Source of the DNA: Mobula hypostoma
Lineage: Eukaryota
Direction of reading: 5' to 3'
DNA length: 64,000 bases
Assembly: GCF_963921235.1 (NCBI RefSeq)
Contig: NC_086108.1
Coordinates: 23,064,001 to 23,128,000, forward strand
In this document: positions 37,365-50,500 of the stretch, piece by piece
How positions within the stretch are numbered: the first letter of the stretch is position 1
Layout: each line of letters begins with the position of its first letter
Translations under genes and position numbers: made by a program
The notes under the pieces: model-generated
What the model was told of the DNA's origin: nothing
The model's database searches: none
Seen by the model: only the letters and a program-made list of their open reading frames with translations

Positions 37365-38307
37365 TTTCTTTTTAAATCTTTTTATTGAATTAGTAAAAAG
37401 GTAAACCATATAGGCACTGATACACTGTTGCAATATAACTTTACAAGAGATATTAATACACAAAAAGAAGTTAATACAAACAGTGCAGTTTAGATATAAA
37501 ATAACAAGGTAATATAATAGTATACTAATTTTCATACATGTCAATAAGGAAAGAAAAAAAAACCCAACCCCCCCCAAAAAAAACCCATCGTGCAACTAAT
37601 CTGAAAAGCAAAGCAAAGCAATGGACTAACGAGGTATCAAGTAGAGTTAAACAACTTAAAACAATCACGTCCTCAAACCCGACCTCCATTAAAAACAGTT
37701 AAAAAGCAAGAAGGGAATGTAAATATGGACAGAGAGAGAAAAAAATTTACATTAAATGAAAATGTTGAATAAAAGATCTCCAGGTCTGTTCAAATTTAAC
37801 TGAAGAATCATAAAGATTACTTCTAATTTTCTCCAAATTTAAACATAGTATCGTCTGGGAAAACCAAAAGAACGTAGTTGGAGCACTAATCTCCTTCCAA
37901 TGTTGTAAAATACATCTATTATTATTTCGGCGGATGACTGGGCGCATATTTTACAACTAGTCAATACTTCCTCTATCTGTTCTAAACACTCCCTAATTCA
38001 ATTTAAAGTTGTCCATAGAGCACACATGTCTAAAGATAAATTAGCTCATTTTTATTCTCATATTAACCCTCTTTGTGACAGATGTCACGGGGAGATAGCT
38101 TCCTTAACTCATATGTTTTGGTCTTGTCCTACTTTGGAAACTTTTTGGAAAGACATTTTCAGTATTATTTCAAAGGTATTGAATATAGATATTTCTCCCC
38201 ATCCTATTACTACTATCTTTGGATTACCTAAAATTTCCAGCAATCTTTCCCCTTCAGCCCGTAGATTGATTGCATTTCTTACTCTAATGGTGAAAAGATA
38301 TATTTTC
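37365..38307 (-). mobile_element. L1 insertion with 5' inversion
   Basis: 15-bp TSD acctcttgca(g/a)cttc (37350-37364, 38308-38322); minus part RCILQHWKE..LEKIR plus poly(A); inverted plus part with CDRC..HMFWSC zinc knuckle. Confidence 0.92.
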
Positions 38308-39564
38308 ACCTCTTGCAACTTCGAGGTGATTACTTCCCTGTAACTCTGATCAGTTATCTCCTCACTCTTCCTTACAATTCAAAGGTCATCCAGCTGCTGC
38401 TCCAGATCCCTACCACAGTCTTCAAGAAGCTGCAGTTGGATGTACTTCACACAGATGTAGTTCTTTATTATGTGATGAAAACGAGCATTGTGTTTACCCA
38501 TTTTCAGCCTCAGAGGTTTTGGGTGGGTGTCTTGCAGAGTTATGCTACATCTGGGTGAATCCTGATGCCACCCGTTGACTACCCACCAAGGAAGTGTCCA
38601 AGGCTCTGGGAGAGATTATAAACCAGAGAAACTCAGAGTACTTTCCAATGTAGATGAAGTGAGTGAAATCCCAAAGTGCAGTTATTGTGGAAAAAGATAA
38701 TCGGTATTTTTGGACAAGTGAGCATTGAATAAACCAAAATGTATGGTATGACCACTTCCACATTGCAGCATTGGACAAAGACATGAGCAAAGCAATAACT
38801 GCCTATCTGGGTTGAGAGAAGTGAGATTCCTCTTTGCTAAACAGTGATAACAACTCCATTTGGCAGACATCATTTAGAATAAACAGAGACATCTAACCAA
38901 CTGCTTATGCAGATAATCCTGCTCTGGCATCACAGAGTGATTCCAGGAATGAAGTGGAAATGGCTACCCGTGTACATGTCGTTACTCTAGGTATCTGTTA
39001 TCCAAAGGTTAATTTAACAAAGACCATCCACCTGAAGCTTTCTGCCTTTCCAGGGGTTTGGAACTGTGGCACAAGCTGTGGAGCCACTGCTGTCTAGCTC
39101 CAGTGACTCAGATATAACCGTGACCTCCGGTGCTGTCTGCATGAAGTTTGCACTGGGTTTTCTCCGGGTGCTCCTGTTTCCTCCCCAATGCCAAAGGCAT
39201 GCAGGTTGGTGGGTTAACTGGCCACTGTAAATTGCCCTTAGAGTGTTGGGGTGGTTGAATCTGGAGGGAACTTGTGGGAAAGTGGGGGAAAATATAAAAA
39301 AGACAGAGTCAGTATACGTAAATGGGTACTTGATAGACATTATGGACAGCGAAATGAAGGGTTTGTTTCTGTATCACTCTAAGCAGACTACCTACATTAT
39401 CTAGGAATAAGATCTGACTGACTGAGAAACGTAGGCGGAAAATTCACGACACATTACAATATAAATTGTCCACTACCAGCAGGGATATGGAGCTCAGACA
39501 GTGAAAGCAGCTGAACTCAGCAAGTAGGTCCTGTGCATGTCTTTACCCAACAGCTCACATACAG

Positions 39565-39605
39565 GAATAGCTGACATTCAGATAAATGGATGATTGATGA
39601 TCAGA
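39565..39605. promoter_or_regulatory. Putative Meis + Pbx-Hox motif cluster in unique DNA
   Basis: TGACAT 39572, AGATAAAT 39580, TGATTGAT 39591. Confidence 0.3.
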
Positions 39606-40191
39606 GCCATACTTACTGTACTTATATCTGAGCAACCCCTGCTGTAATTACCCCCCCCCATGTACTTTACTTAGAAAATATAGGGTAATGACATCAGCAT
39701 AAGTCATTATCTTCATTCAATTACCAAACAATTCAATGCATTCACTGTCCAAATTTCATCATTACTAATATCTCATCCCGACAGACTACATCAATGAAAC
39801 ATTTGGAGTAATTGTACTTATCAGTCCTGCACAATTGCAAATCTGGAGAATGAAACACAACCCCATCTATCCTTGTCTATTTTTAAATAGTTTATTTTCC
39901 TATTCTTCCTATCAAAGTGAATGACTTCCCATTTTCACACTTCATACTCCACCTGCCAGATCTTTGCCCATTCATTTCACTTATCTTATCACTGACTATA
40001 TCAATTTTCATTGTCTTCACAACAACATGGAGAGGACATAAGAGATTTCTGCTGGGCAAATGGATTCCAAATTTTAAAAAAAAGCTGAACCATAAAGGTA
40101 ATAATCTCTGGATTACTTCTGAGCTGTTGGTTAATTGACATAAGGCCAATATTATAGAACATAGAACATAGAATAGTACAGCACAGTACAG

Positions 40192-40368
40192 TAAACACAA
40201 AATAATCTGTAGATGCTGTGATCAAAGCAACACTTTCAGTACGCTGGATGAACTCGGCAGGTCGGGCAGCATCAGTTAGAAACGATGAGTCGACGTTTCG
40301 GGCCGGAACCTGATGAAGGGTTCCGGCCCGAAACGTTGAGTCATCGTTTCTAACTGATTCTGCCCGAC
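40192..40368. ncRNA. Penelope-derived palindrome with minimal hammerhead ribozyme core
   Basis: ctgatga-agggttccggccc-gaaac; ~50-bp inverted arms; 13-bp TSD cagcacagtacag (40179-40191, 40369-40381); inserted in a CR1 tail. Confidence 0.7.
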
Positions 40369-40644
40369 CAGCACAGTACAGGCCCTTTGGCCCACAATGT
40401 TGTGCTGACCCTTAAACCCTGCCTCCCATATTGTCAAGTTGAATGCTTGGCTGCAATTTTGTTGGGGTAGAGGTGGGTTTCAGTTCTTGAAAAGTCTCTG
40501 TAAGACTTTCACTTGAACTGGGCTGGGAGATGAGCCTTGAGGAATTGAATAACCAGGCTGGAGAAAAGGGAGGAGAATTCTGGTTAGGGGGAATTTGGAA
40601 AGCTAAAGAGAAAGAATGAGGCAAAATGGGTACTCATAATCCAA

Positions 40645-40902
40645 ACAACAGGAATTCTGCAGATGCTGGAAATTCAAGCAACACACATCAAAGTTGCTGG
40701 TGAACACAGCAGACCAGGCAGCATCTCTAGGAAGAGGTACAGTCGACGTTTCAGGCCGAGACCCTTCGTCAGGACTAACTGAAGGAAGTTAGTAAGAGAT
40801 TTAGTTAGTCCTGATGAAGGGTCTCGGCCCGAATCGTCGACTGTACCTCTTCCTAGAGATGCTGCCTGGCCTGCTGCGTTCACCAGCAACTTTGATGTGT
40901 GT
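40645..40902. ncRNA. Penelope-derived palindrome with hammerhead cores on both strands
   Basis: ~100-bp inverted arms; + ctgatgaagggtctcggcccgaatcgtcgac, - ctgacgaagggtctcggcctgaaacgtcgac; 14-bp TSD tactcataatccaa (40631-40644, 40903-40916). Confidence 0.75.
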
Positions 40903-40960
40903 TACTCATAATCCAAGGATGTCAGAATGCACAGCTATAGATATGTCTATTCATCTAGTC

Positions 40961-41026
40961 CAGGGGTTCCCAACCTTTTTTATGCCATTAACCAAGGATC
41001 CACAGACCCCAGGTTGGGAACCCCTG
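40961..41026. mobile_element. 66-bp hAT-Charlie MITE
   Basis: Perfect 16-bp TIR caggggttcccaacct; decayed 8-bp TSD atctagtc/atttagac. Confidence 0.85.
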
Positions 41027-43371
41027 ATTTAGACATAGGTTAAAAGATATAATTGAAGGCTCTCCTTATCAGAAAGCCGCAGTATTGATGACATGATGGA
41101 TGAACTCGTGGCACAAATAGAAGTAATGGGTAAATCTAAGAATGTTGGTTGCAAAATGACCATGTTTAGGGATTAACTATTGTAGGATAGTCAAGATGCA
41201 GCAGAGAAAGCCAGGACTGAAAGGTGAAAGAGTTGGCTCAGATAATTCAGGGTACAAGAAAGTCAGTTTGAAGGAGGATTCATTTTCTGAGACAAATTCA
41301 CAAGCAGTGGGTCTTCGGACTGGCTCTGCAGCCTGGCGTTTCACTATCTCCAGGAACAGCCTGGAAGACGTGTGCCTCAGGGGAGTAAACCCCGTGGATG
41401 ACCTGGTTCCTCACCGATTTTGTTGTCTGTAGCATCTTGGGAGACTGAAACATCAAGACACCAGACAGTGTTTGCTGCTATGGGAAGAAGGCCTCCATAC
41501 TCAAGCAATCGTGCCCCCCCCCCCACTCTCTCGATAGTGAGTGAGAACCTGTCAGTCCTCGAGTTGGGGGACTTGGAGAAGTGACATGGAAGATTGTAAC
41601 ATCATGACAGCGAGTTGCTGGTCTCTGCTCTTGGTGTTGCAGGAGCGACCTCTCTCTTCCTCGCTGGAGTGAGAGCCTGTCTGAGATACCAGAGTTCTGG
41701 GTTATGGACTGTAGTTTTTGATGGACTCTAGATCAAGGTCCCTTTGGGACTTTTGCTATTGCTTGCATGATGGAGGGTGGGGTTTAGTGTTTCTGCTGGT
41801 GCAAATGAGAGGAGAGTGTGGGGATGGGACAATGCTTGTGTGTTGGGAGCTTTGGGGTTCTGATGTTCCTATCATTCATTTTATGGGGTTTCTTGTTTTG
41901 TGGATGTCTGTAAAGAGTAAGAATTTCAGGTTGTATATTGTATACATTGGGCTGGCCAGTGGTGTAGTGGCATAAGCACTGGACTTTGAGGTGGATGGTC
42001 CTGAGTTCGAATCTGCGGGGTTCCAACCTGGGCAGCATCAGTATCTGCGTGGAAAAAAGGTCTGGCAATCTACTTCCATATCTTGCCATGAAAACCCTAT
42101 GGATAACTACACTATCCATGGGGTTATTACTCAACAACAACTATATATTAGATTATGAGGACACTCAGTCCTCATTTATTGTCATATAGTAATGTATTCA
42201 TTAAAAAATGATACAATGTTCCTCCGGTATGATATCACAGAAACACAGGACAGACCAAGACTAAAACTGACAAAAACCACATAATTATAACATATAGTTA
42301 CAACAGTGCAAAGCAATACCGTAATTTGATAAGAGCAGACCATGGGCACGGTAAAAAAAAAATCTCAAAATCCCGATAGCCCAACATCTCATACAGATGG
42401 TAGAAGGGAGAAACTCTCCCTGCCATGACCTTCCGGCACCGCAAACTTGCTGATGCAGCATCCTGGAAGCACCCAACCACAGTCCAACTCTGAGTCCGTC
42501 GGAAAACTTCGAGCCTCCGACCAGCCCTCCGACACCGAGCACTGAGCACCATCTCTGCCGAGCGCTTCGACACTGACCCCGGCTGCCAAGCAACAGGCAA
42601 AGCGGAGATCTGGGGCCTTCCCCTCCGGAGATTTCGGATCACACAGTAGCAGTGGCAGCGAAACAGGCATTTCAGAAGTTTCACCAGATGTTCCTTCGTG
42701 CTCTCACGTCTGCCTCCATCAAATCAGAATTGTGCACAGCCTCCTACTTGACAGATAACAGATATTCATCACCGGAGAGGCCGCGCGTGCTGCGTCATGC
42801 CGCCATCTTCTCCCCCCGCCATCGGTCTTGTTATCTGATATTTTCTGATATTAAATTGAACCAGTTTGGGTGGAGCTAAGGAACAGGAAGGAGTTGGACA
42901 TATTTGGTGGGAGCTGCTTATGGCTCCCCAGATGGTAGAGTTAATACAGAGTCCAGTGTAAATCAGAAATTTAGAAATGAATGGAATAATAATTAGATAA
43001 TTTAATTTACATACAAACTGGACAACCAATTATAGTGATAATAGTGTGAAGGATTTCATCCTATTCAGCTCGCTGCTCAGCGAGGTTTACTTGTCTCTGT
43101 GCTGAACTGAGGCTGTGGCCTGCAGCTACCAGGCTCCTGGATCGGCTGTGACTGGCGTTGGGTCTCTGGATGTTACTTGTTTACTTTTATTGTTTACCCA
43201 ATTTGTTTTTGTTCTGCACATTGGGTGTTTGATGATCTTTTTTTTAATGGGTTCTGTTGCATTTCTTCGTTTTGTGGCTGACTGTAAGGAGACAAATCTC
43301 AAGGTCGTATAATGTATAGATACTTTGATAATAAATGTACTTTGAACTTTTGCCAATTCACAGAACGTACA

Positions 43372-45397
43372 TGTAACTCTTGGTTCAGCTAGTGGCTTAA
43401 TATAGGGGGTGATAGCCCCTGGCCCGGCCAAACTTGTGAAATCTCGTTTGGGTGGATGCTGTACGATGTGTCCCCTGTTACAAATCAGTACCCGGAAATA
43501 ACAAACAGTACACAATATGCGATTAAACAATTGAGCCTTATAATTCTTAATTTGACTATATGGTTTGCACGAGACCGGCAACAAAGAATAGACAATTGAG
43601 TCAGGTTTTATAAAAACAATCAAACATTTATTAAACTCTGCTCAATATTAAAAAAATAAACAAATGAAAAACTTAACCAGAAGTAAACTGCTATGCGGCC
43701 ATTTAGCAAACCGCCACTCAGTACTAGTTCTGGAAGCGATAAATGCAAAAACAGTTCTTAAAGTGGTGAATTCAAAAACAGTTCTTAGAATGGTAAATTC
43801 GAAAGTCCAAGAGATTTATACAGTCAATTAGGGGAGACTTTCCCGAAGTAAAGAATTCCTTGAAGACACGACATCACTGTCGATCCCAGCTAGATCCTGC
43901 CTTGTCCGCAGGATTCACGACGACAGAAATAAAACAGTTTAAAGGCTCTGATCTTTCCCTCTGGATACTAGATCCTGCACAGCCTTTTCTGCCACTTTTA
44001 GCAGAGGCTACCTCATGCAGATCACTCTTTCTTGAACAAATTCAATAATGGTCAATTCTATCCAAAACCGCCGAACGACTCCTTCAGGTTCCTGTCTTCA
44101 CTCTCCAATACTACTGAAAAGATACATCAACAAACCTTGCAGCGATTGTTTAAACTGCCGGCCCAACACTTTTGTACCTTACAATAGAGCATAAAACTCC
44201 GATTTAAATCAAAACTGCGTCATAAGGCAAATACGCAGCGGAGCGGAGTACCTAGCTGACGTTCTAACTGGAAAACCAATTGCGTCACCACAGGGGTCTC
44301 CTCTTATACCCGCAGTGAACATGTCATCACAAGACCTCACAACGGCGGGAAAATTACATCAGGTGACCTCCAAAAGACCATTACATCATGGTCATAAGAC
44401 AGTCACAAGATATCCGTGAGGTATGTAACAGGTTAGTAAAGAAACAAGCAAAAGAAAAGGGCCCATTCGCATGAAACAGTGTAATGCACAACGTTGGAGC
44501 TCTCTGATAAGGCTCTTCATCCACCATCCACCTCCTCCGATTATCGCTGACCTTTGGACTCTCACTCCAAGTCCACTCCATCCGCTGGTGTACCAATGCT
44601 CTCCAATCGTGTCTTCTCTCCTCATCTCTCCCCGGCAAACGACCGCGAAATCCCAGCTCTCAGACACACAAGAAAGAACATCCCGCTCATTGGCTAACAT
44701 GCCCTGTTATCTTGAGTCATAAGTCAAACATTGCTGCTACAGAGAAACCATTAACTTAGCAGTGGAACATTACAGAGAAGCTATTGCATTAGCAGTGAAA
44801 CCTTACAGCGCGTTACACTCTCCCCCTACCAAATTTAGTCATGTCCTCATGACGTTGAGATAATTTGCCAACCCTTCCTGCAAAACACAGAGTCCAATTC
44901 AGGTGCACAGGGCAGTGACATGGCTCCCCAAAACAGTAGGGGTCACACACTGTTCCCCGGGTGCTATGTAGTTCAGCCTATCCGGTGGTCTCCTAATTCT
45001 CTGAGACCACCATACCCCCTCACCTAACTCTTCAGGTTCAGATACTGCTGGGGATACTTCCAGTCTACCTGGGGATGCCTCCCCGACCTATCACTAGTGC
45101 CCACCTGCAACTCAGAGCCCTCTGTCCCGTGGCCAAGCCCCGCGTCCTCCCCTGCAGAGTCCCGCTGCAACCCAGGCTGCCCACAGATAGCACCCCCCCC
45201 CACTTCACCTGACTCAGCGGGAGAAGGGCCGGGGGTCTCTTCCTCAATCAATGGGGAGTTAGCAAAAGGAGGCATATACCACCCATCCGGGTCCTCATCC
45301 TCTGAATCAGTATCTCTGTTAGGGGTGGGGGGCAGCTTAACCTCTCCTGCTGTTGGCCCTGCAGTCGCCTGGTATGTAAACCTTACAGCGTGTTACA
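43372..45397 (-). mobile_element. Internally deleted Gypsy element: 5' LTR stub, pol 3' end, PPT, 3' LTR
   Basis: TSD taca (43368-43371, 45398-45401); LTR start tgtaac(a/g)cgctgtaaggttt at 45397 and 44817; PPT agggggagag 44818-44827. Confidence 0.85.
43566..44430. mobile_element. Solo LTR (865 bp) nested in the 3' LTR
   Basis: tgcacg...gtaaca ends; 4-bp TSD ggtt (43562-43565, 44431-44434). Confidence 0.85.
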
Positions 45398-46619
45398 TAC
45401 AATGGATTGAAAAGGCTGCTAAAGCTCTATGGGTGTTGGGGTGGAGATATGTCTCTACCAACGCAGGTGTAAGTGCTGTTTCCCTCCACTAGCCTGCAAG
45501 GCACTATTGGGCAAGGAGCAACACCTGCTTAGCCCCCTGATCAGGGTCACGTGAAGCCAGGGAAGCAGGTTGTATGAACAGCTGGTGCATATCACAAGTC
45601 CTGATTATGTGATCATTGATGCCAGGCAGAAAATCTCTAAAGAGTATTGATAATGGCCAGGGTTATCTTCTTGTAAAGACACTGCCCAGAGGAAGGCGAT
45701 GGCAAACATCTGAAGAAAATTTGCCAGGAACAATCATGGTCATGGAAAGACTGGGATTGCCCACATCATACAACTTGGCACATAATGAGTGGAATAAAGC
45801 TATGGCATTTTTGCAATGAGAAAGGCAGAGTTTTTAAAAGAAAGAAAGGTGTTGCTGTTTGGACAGCCCTGGTTGTCATTGTATGGGAATCGCAAAAAGA
45901 TAATTCATTAGGAAGGCAAATGGCATATCGACATTTGTTGCAATATGATTTCAGTAGGAGATTGAAGACATCTTTTGCTAATCATGAGGACCCCTGGTGA
46001 GTGGTACCTGGAATACTCACTACATGTTGTCTCCTATCATGCAAAACAAACAATGCAGTGATATTTCATGTGACTGAAGTCCTGTGAGGGAAGATTGCAC
46101 AAACTGCCAGCATGTTGTTTCGTGTTTAGATAAATGACAGGTGATCTCATTGAAAGGTATGAAATTCCCAGAGAGCTTGACAAGGTAGATAAAGAGTGTT
46201 GGCTAAAAGCAGGAGTTACAAAATTAACATGGGATGTTAGAGATGAGAATTAATTTATTTACTCAGAAAGTACTGCATCTTTAGAATCCTCCACAGCGGA
46301 TGGCTGTGAAGATTTCATTGCTGAGACTATTCAAGACGGAGCTCAATACGCATGTGGATAAAAAGGGAATGAAGATACATTGATAATTTTGAAAATTGTT
46401 TTATTATTGTCATACCTACTGAGGGTTTGTATGCCATCCATACACATCATTTCATCACATCAGTACACTAAAGGAAAAAGGTAAAGTGGAAAGCAAAATA
46501 AAGTGTTACACAATTAGTTCAGGATTTATCGTCCTGTCTTACATGACATGAAATTTCAGGTTTACAGAATAAAGATAAAATTACTATAAATTACAAAATA
46601 AAGAAAGAATAATGGGGTA

Positions 46620-47000
46620 AATTCCCTCCCCCTACCTTCACCTTCTATTCCCCACTCTGGCCTCTTACCTCTTTTCACCTGCCTATCACCTCACCTGAGC
46701 CCCCTAATCCTTCCCTTTCTCCTACAGTCCACTCTCCTTTCCTATCAGATTCCTTCCTCTCCAGCCCTTTACCTTTCTCACCTACCTAGCTTCACCTATC
46801 ACCTTCCAGCTGGCCTTCTTCCACTCTCCCCCCACCGTTTTAATTCTGGCCTCTTCCCCCCTCCTTTCCAGACCTGATGAGGGGTCATGGCTCATAATGG
46901 CAGCTCTTTATTCATTTCCATGGATGCTGCCTGACCTGCTGAGTTCCTCCAGCATTCTGTGTATGTTGTTGTGGACTTCCGGCATCTACAGAATTCCTCA
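46620..47000 (+). mobile_element. Penelope 3' region
   Basis: Pyrimidine-rich tract then cctgatgagggg..gatgctgcctgacctgctgagttcctccagca, like 5100-5530. Confidence 0.75.
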
Positions 47001-47339
47001 CCTTCATAATGAGTTTGTGTTCATAGACTGTTCAGAAATCTGATGACAGAGAAGATGAGATGGAGCCAGGCAATAAGGTACAAGGCCATAATGAGTAGAT
47101 TGTGAGGTGAGGAGTCCACCCCATTGTGCAAGGAGATTGATAAAGTGCATTACATAGGGTTAGCACAGGAAAGTGGCACTGACTTCAAGATCAGCCTCAA
47201 TGACAGAGCAAGAGGAAAATATACTACCTGTACTTGTTTTATACTTCTTTTATTTTGTCATCAGATTTGGCTGTGATATACTTTGTCCTTCATTGCTATG
47301 TTTAGGGCCCAGCACTGATCCCATCTCAAAGTGAAAAAC

Positions 47340-48820
47340 AGTCATAGTCATAGTCATACTTTATCGATCCCGGGGGAAATTGGTTTTCATTACAGTTGCA
47401 CCATAAATAATAAATAGTAATAAAACCATAAATAGTTAAATAGTAATATGTAAATTATGCCAGTAAATTATGAAATAAGTCCAGGACCAGCCTATTGGCT
47501 CAGGATGTCTGACCCTCCAAGGGAGGAGTTGTAAAGTTTGATGGCCACAGGCAGGAATGAATTCCTATGACGCTCTGTGTTACATCTCGGTGGAATGAGT
47601 CTCTGGCTGAATGTACTCCTGTGCTCACCCAGTACATTATGTAGTGGATGGGAGACATTGACCAAGATGGCATGCAACTTGGACAGCATCCTCTTTTCAG
47701 ACACCACCGTCAGAGAGTCCAGTTCCATCCCCACAACATCACTGGCCTTCCGAATGAGTTTGTTGATTCTGTTGGTGTGTGCTACCCTCAGTCTGCTGCC
47801 CCAGCACACAACAGCAAACATGATAGCACTGGCCACCACAGACTCATAGACCATCCTCAGCATCATCCGGCAGATGTTAAAGGACCTCAGTCTCCTCAGG
47901 AAATAGAGAAGGCTCTGACCCTTCTTGTAGACAGCCTCAGTTTTCTTTGACCAGTCCAGTTTATTGTCAATTCGTATCCCCAGGTATTTGTAATCCTCCA
48001 CCATGTCCACACTGACCCCCTGGATGGAAACAGTGGTCACCGATACCTTAGCTCTCCTCAGGTCTACCACCAGCTCCTGTCTTTTTCACATTAAGCTGCA
48101 GATAATTCTGCTCACACCATGTGACAAAGTTTCCTACCGTAGCCCTGTACTCAGCCTCATCTCCCTTGCTGATGCATCCAACTATGGCAGAGTCATCCAA
48201 AAACTTATGAAGATGACAAGACTCTGTGCAGTAGTTGAAGTCCGAGGTGTAAATGGTGAAAAGAAAGGGAGACAAGACAGTCCCCTGTGGAGCCCCAGTG
48301 CTGCTGATCACTCTGTCGGACACACAGTGTTGCAAGCACACGTGCTGTGGTCTGCCAGTCAGGTAATCAAGAATCCATGACAGCAGGAAAGCATCCACCT
48401 GCATCGCTGTCAGCTTCTCCCCCAGCAGACCAGGGCGGATGGTGTAGAACACACTGGAGAAGTCAAAAAACATGACCCTCACAGTGCTCGCTGGCTTGTC
48501 CAGGTGGGTATAGACACGGTTCAGCAGGTAGACGATGGCATCCTCAACTCCTAGTCGGGGCTGGTAGGCGAACTGGAGGGGATCTAAGTGTGGCCTGACC
48601 ATAGGCTGGAGCAGCTCCAGATCAAGTCTCTCCAGGGTCTTCATGATGTGGGAAGTCAATGCCACCAGTCTGTAGTCATTGAGGTCGCTGGGGCGCGGCG
48701 TCTTTGGCACAGGGACGAGGCAGGACATCTTCCACAGTACAGGAACCCTCCGGAGTCTCAGGCTCAGGTTGAATACATGGCGAAGTACTCCATATAGCTG
48801 AGGGGCACAGGCTAATACCC
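47340..48820 (-). mobile_element. Young Rex1/Babar LINE, 5'-truncated RT
   Basis: ORFs 48048..48839 and 47492..48070: LDPLQFAY, FFDFSS, GAPQGTVLSPFLF, FLDD, YKYLG, SFLPVAIKLYN; (tatgac)n tail. Confidence 0.95.
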
Positions 48821-49308
48821 CAATGGTTAAAGCTGACATATTTATAATGACCTATTTATTCTACATCTGTTCTCCGTCAGTTAAGGTTGAGCATCCCAAA
48901 ATATTACCCCCAGTGCTGTCAGCTCTGACCTTACAGAGTAATGTTTTCTGTGGTGCCTTATCAAATGCCTTTTGGAAATCCATCCTGTTTGCTACATCCT
49001 CAAAGAACCTTGAGCAAACTAGTCAACATGATCTTTCTTTCATAAAAGAAGTGGATTATGATTTTTCTAAAACTTGTGCTTCTATTAACTTAATAATAAA
49101 CCAACATTTTCAAAAAGTTCGAAGTGATGATAATTGGCTCATCATTTCTTGCTTTCAGTTTCACTTGTTTCCTAAATATCAATGTTACATTTGCTACTTT
49201 CCAATCAACCCAGACTTTTCCAAATCAAGGGGACTTTGGAAGATCACAAACAATACATTCACATCTTAAGGCTCTAGGAGGCAGGGCACTGGTTCTTGGG
49301 GACTACGT

Positions 49309-49342
<34 letters not shown>

Positions 49343-49779
49343 GACTAAAATTGTTATATTTACTTGCTTATTTTGTTAAATAGAGTATTATGTTAATTTA
49401 AGTTTATGTTGATTAGTGGTCTGTGCTGTTGTTGCAAAAAAATTGTTTTTTATGGCATTTATAAACTTGATTTGTATTTGAACACTCTCCAATCCTGTTA
49501 GTTTGCCCTGTAACTCCTCAGTGGTAAATTGACTGTTTAAAGTCCCTCCCTCCTTTCCTTTGAGCCTTTTCGACTGTCATTGGGATGCTTTGATGATGGA
49601 ATATCCTCTGTTTTGATGTAGGAAAGAAAATATCTGCTGAATGTTTCCACCGCTTTTTTTCTGTTTAGTAAATCGGCAGCCTTATTCTCAGAGCATATTA
49701 CCCTTCCTTAGTGTATACGGGGATGTTCTCAAGCCTGTCCTTATATCTGTTGATTATCCTTTTCTCAGGCATTCTCTAG

Positions 49780-50500
49780 GGATTGAGGATGATTTGCTTT
49801 CACTCCCATTTTCCACTCTCAGGTGGCTGATGAGTTCAATAAAGGAACTTCCCTTGATGAGACAGAAGTTACCTGACCTTGGGTTGTGAAGTAATTCACA
49901 TTTTTCACTGCTTACACAAAGCTTCTGTGTGCTTCTAATGCATGGCCTCGAGGTTCTCAATGCCATCCCAAGTATGCCTTCTCCAATATGTGTGGTCTTA
50001 GGCCACAGACTCCCAAGAGACAGGTGAGATGTTGCATTTTTTCTCAAACAGACTTTGAGAACATCCTTGAATCCTTTCTTCTAAGCAGCAGGTAAGCTCT
50101 TCCCATGATAGATTCATAATAATAAAGAGTCTGATCTATGTGTCTAGTATTGGGAATGCAGATGTCATGGGCTATGATACCACATGAGTGGATTTAGGGC
50201 CACAGTGCTGGAGAGGATGGCCAGAGAGAGGACTTTGTGATAACTCACTTGTCCTTCCTGCAAACCTGGAGACAACAATGGTGGTATATCTTTCCTGCGG
50301 CTTGAGGTGCCTGCTATAGGGATTCCAGTCTTTGGAATCAGGGATCACTGCTGCTCAGTATATCATGCAATTTTTGCCAGGTCTGAGCTTCGGATCTTCA
50401 AATTACCTTTCGATCAATTGGTCTGAGGCTGCACTGGTGCACTGTAGGATATGGAAAGTTTTGTCTTCCCTCTCCAGGAGTTTGTTAGTATTTTTTAGTT
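49780..50500 (-). mobile_element. RTE-clade LINE 3' relic
   Basis: Minus strand reads FEDPKLRPG..MIY*AAVIP..W.PYSRHLK..ERYHHCCL, typical of RTE RT C-terminus. Confidence 0.65.

Larger units (their letters stand above)
32953..38458 (-). mobile_element. Near full-length degenerate CR1 LINE (ORF1 SGNH esterase + ORF2) carrying three younger insertions
   Basis: ORF 36646..37032 VVVHIGANDIG..SGLLP..DGLHLN (esterase); YLNVQSVRNK, EPTRGSAILDWVL, IFQKSLDSG, RRMSGDLIE; (tcttacgg/tcttatat) tail. Confidence 0.92.
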
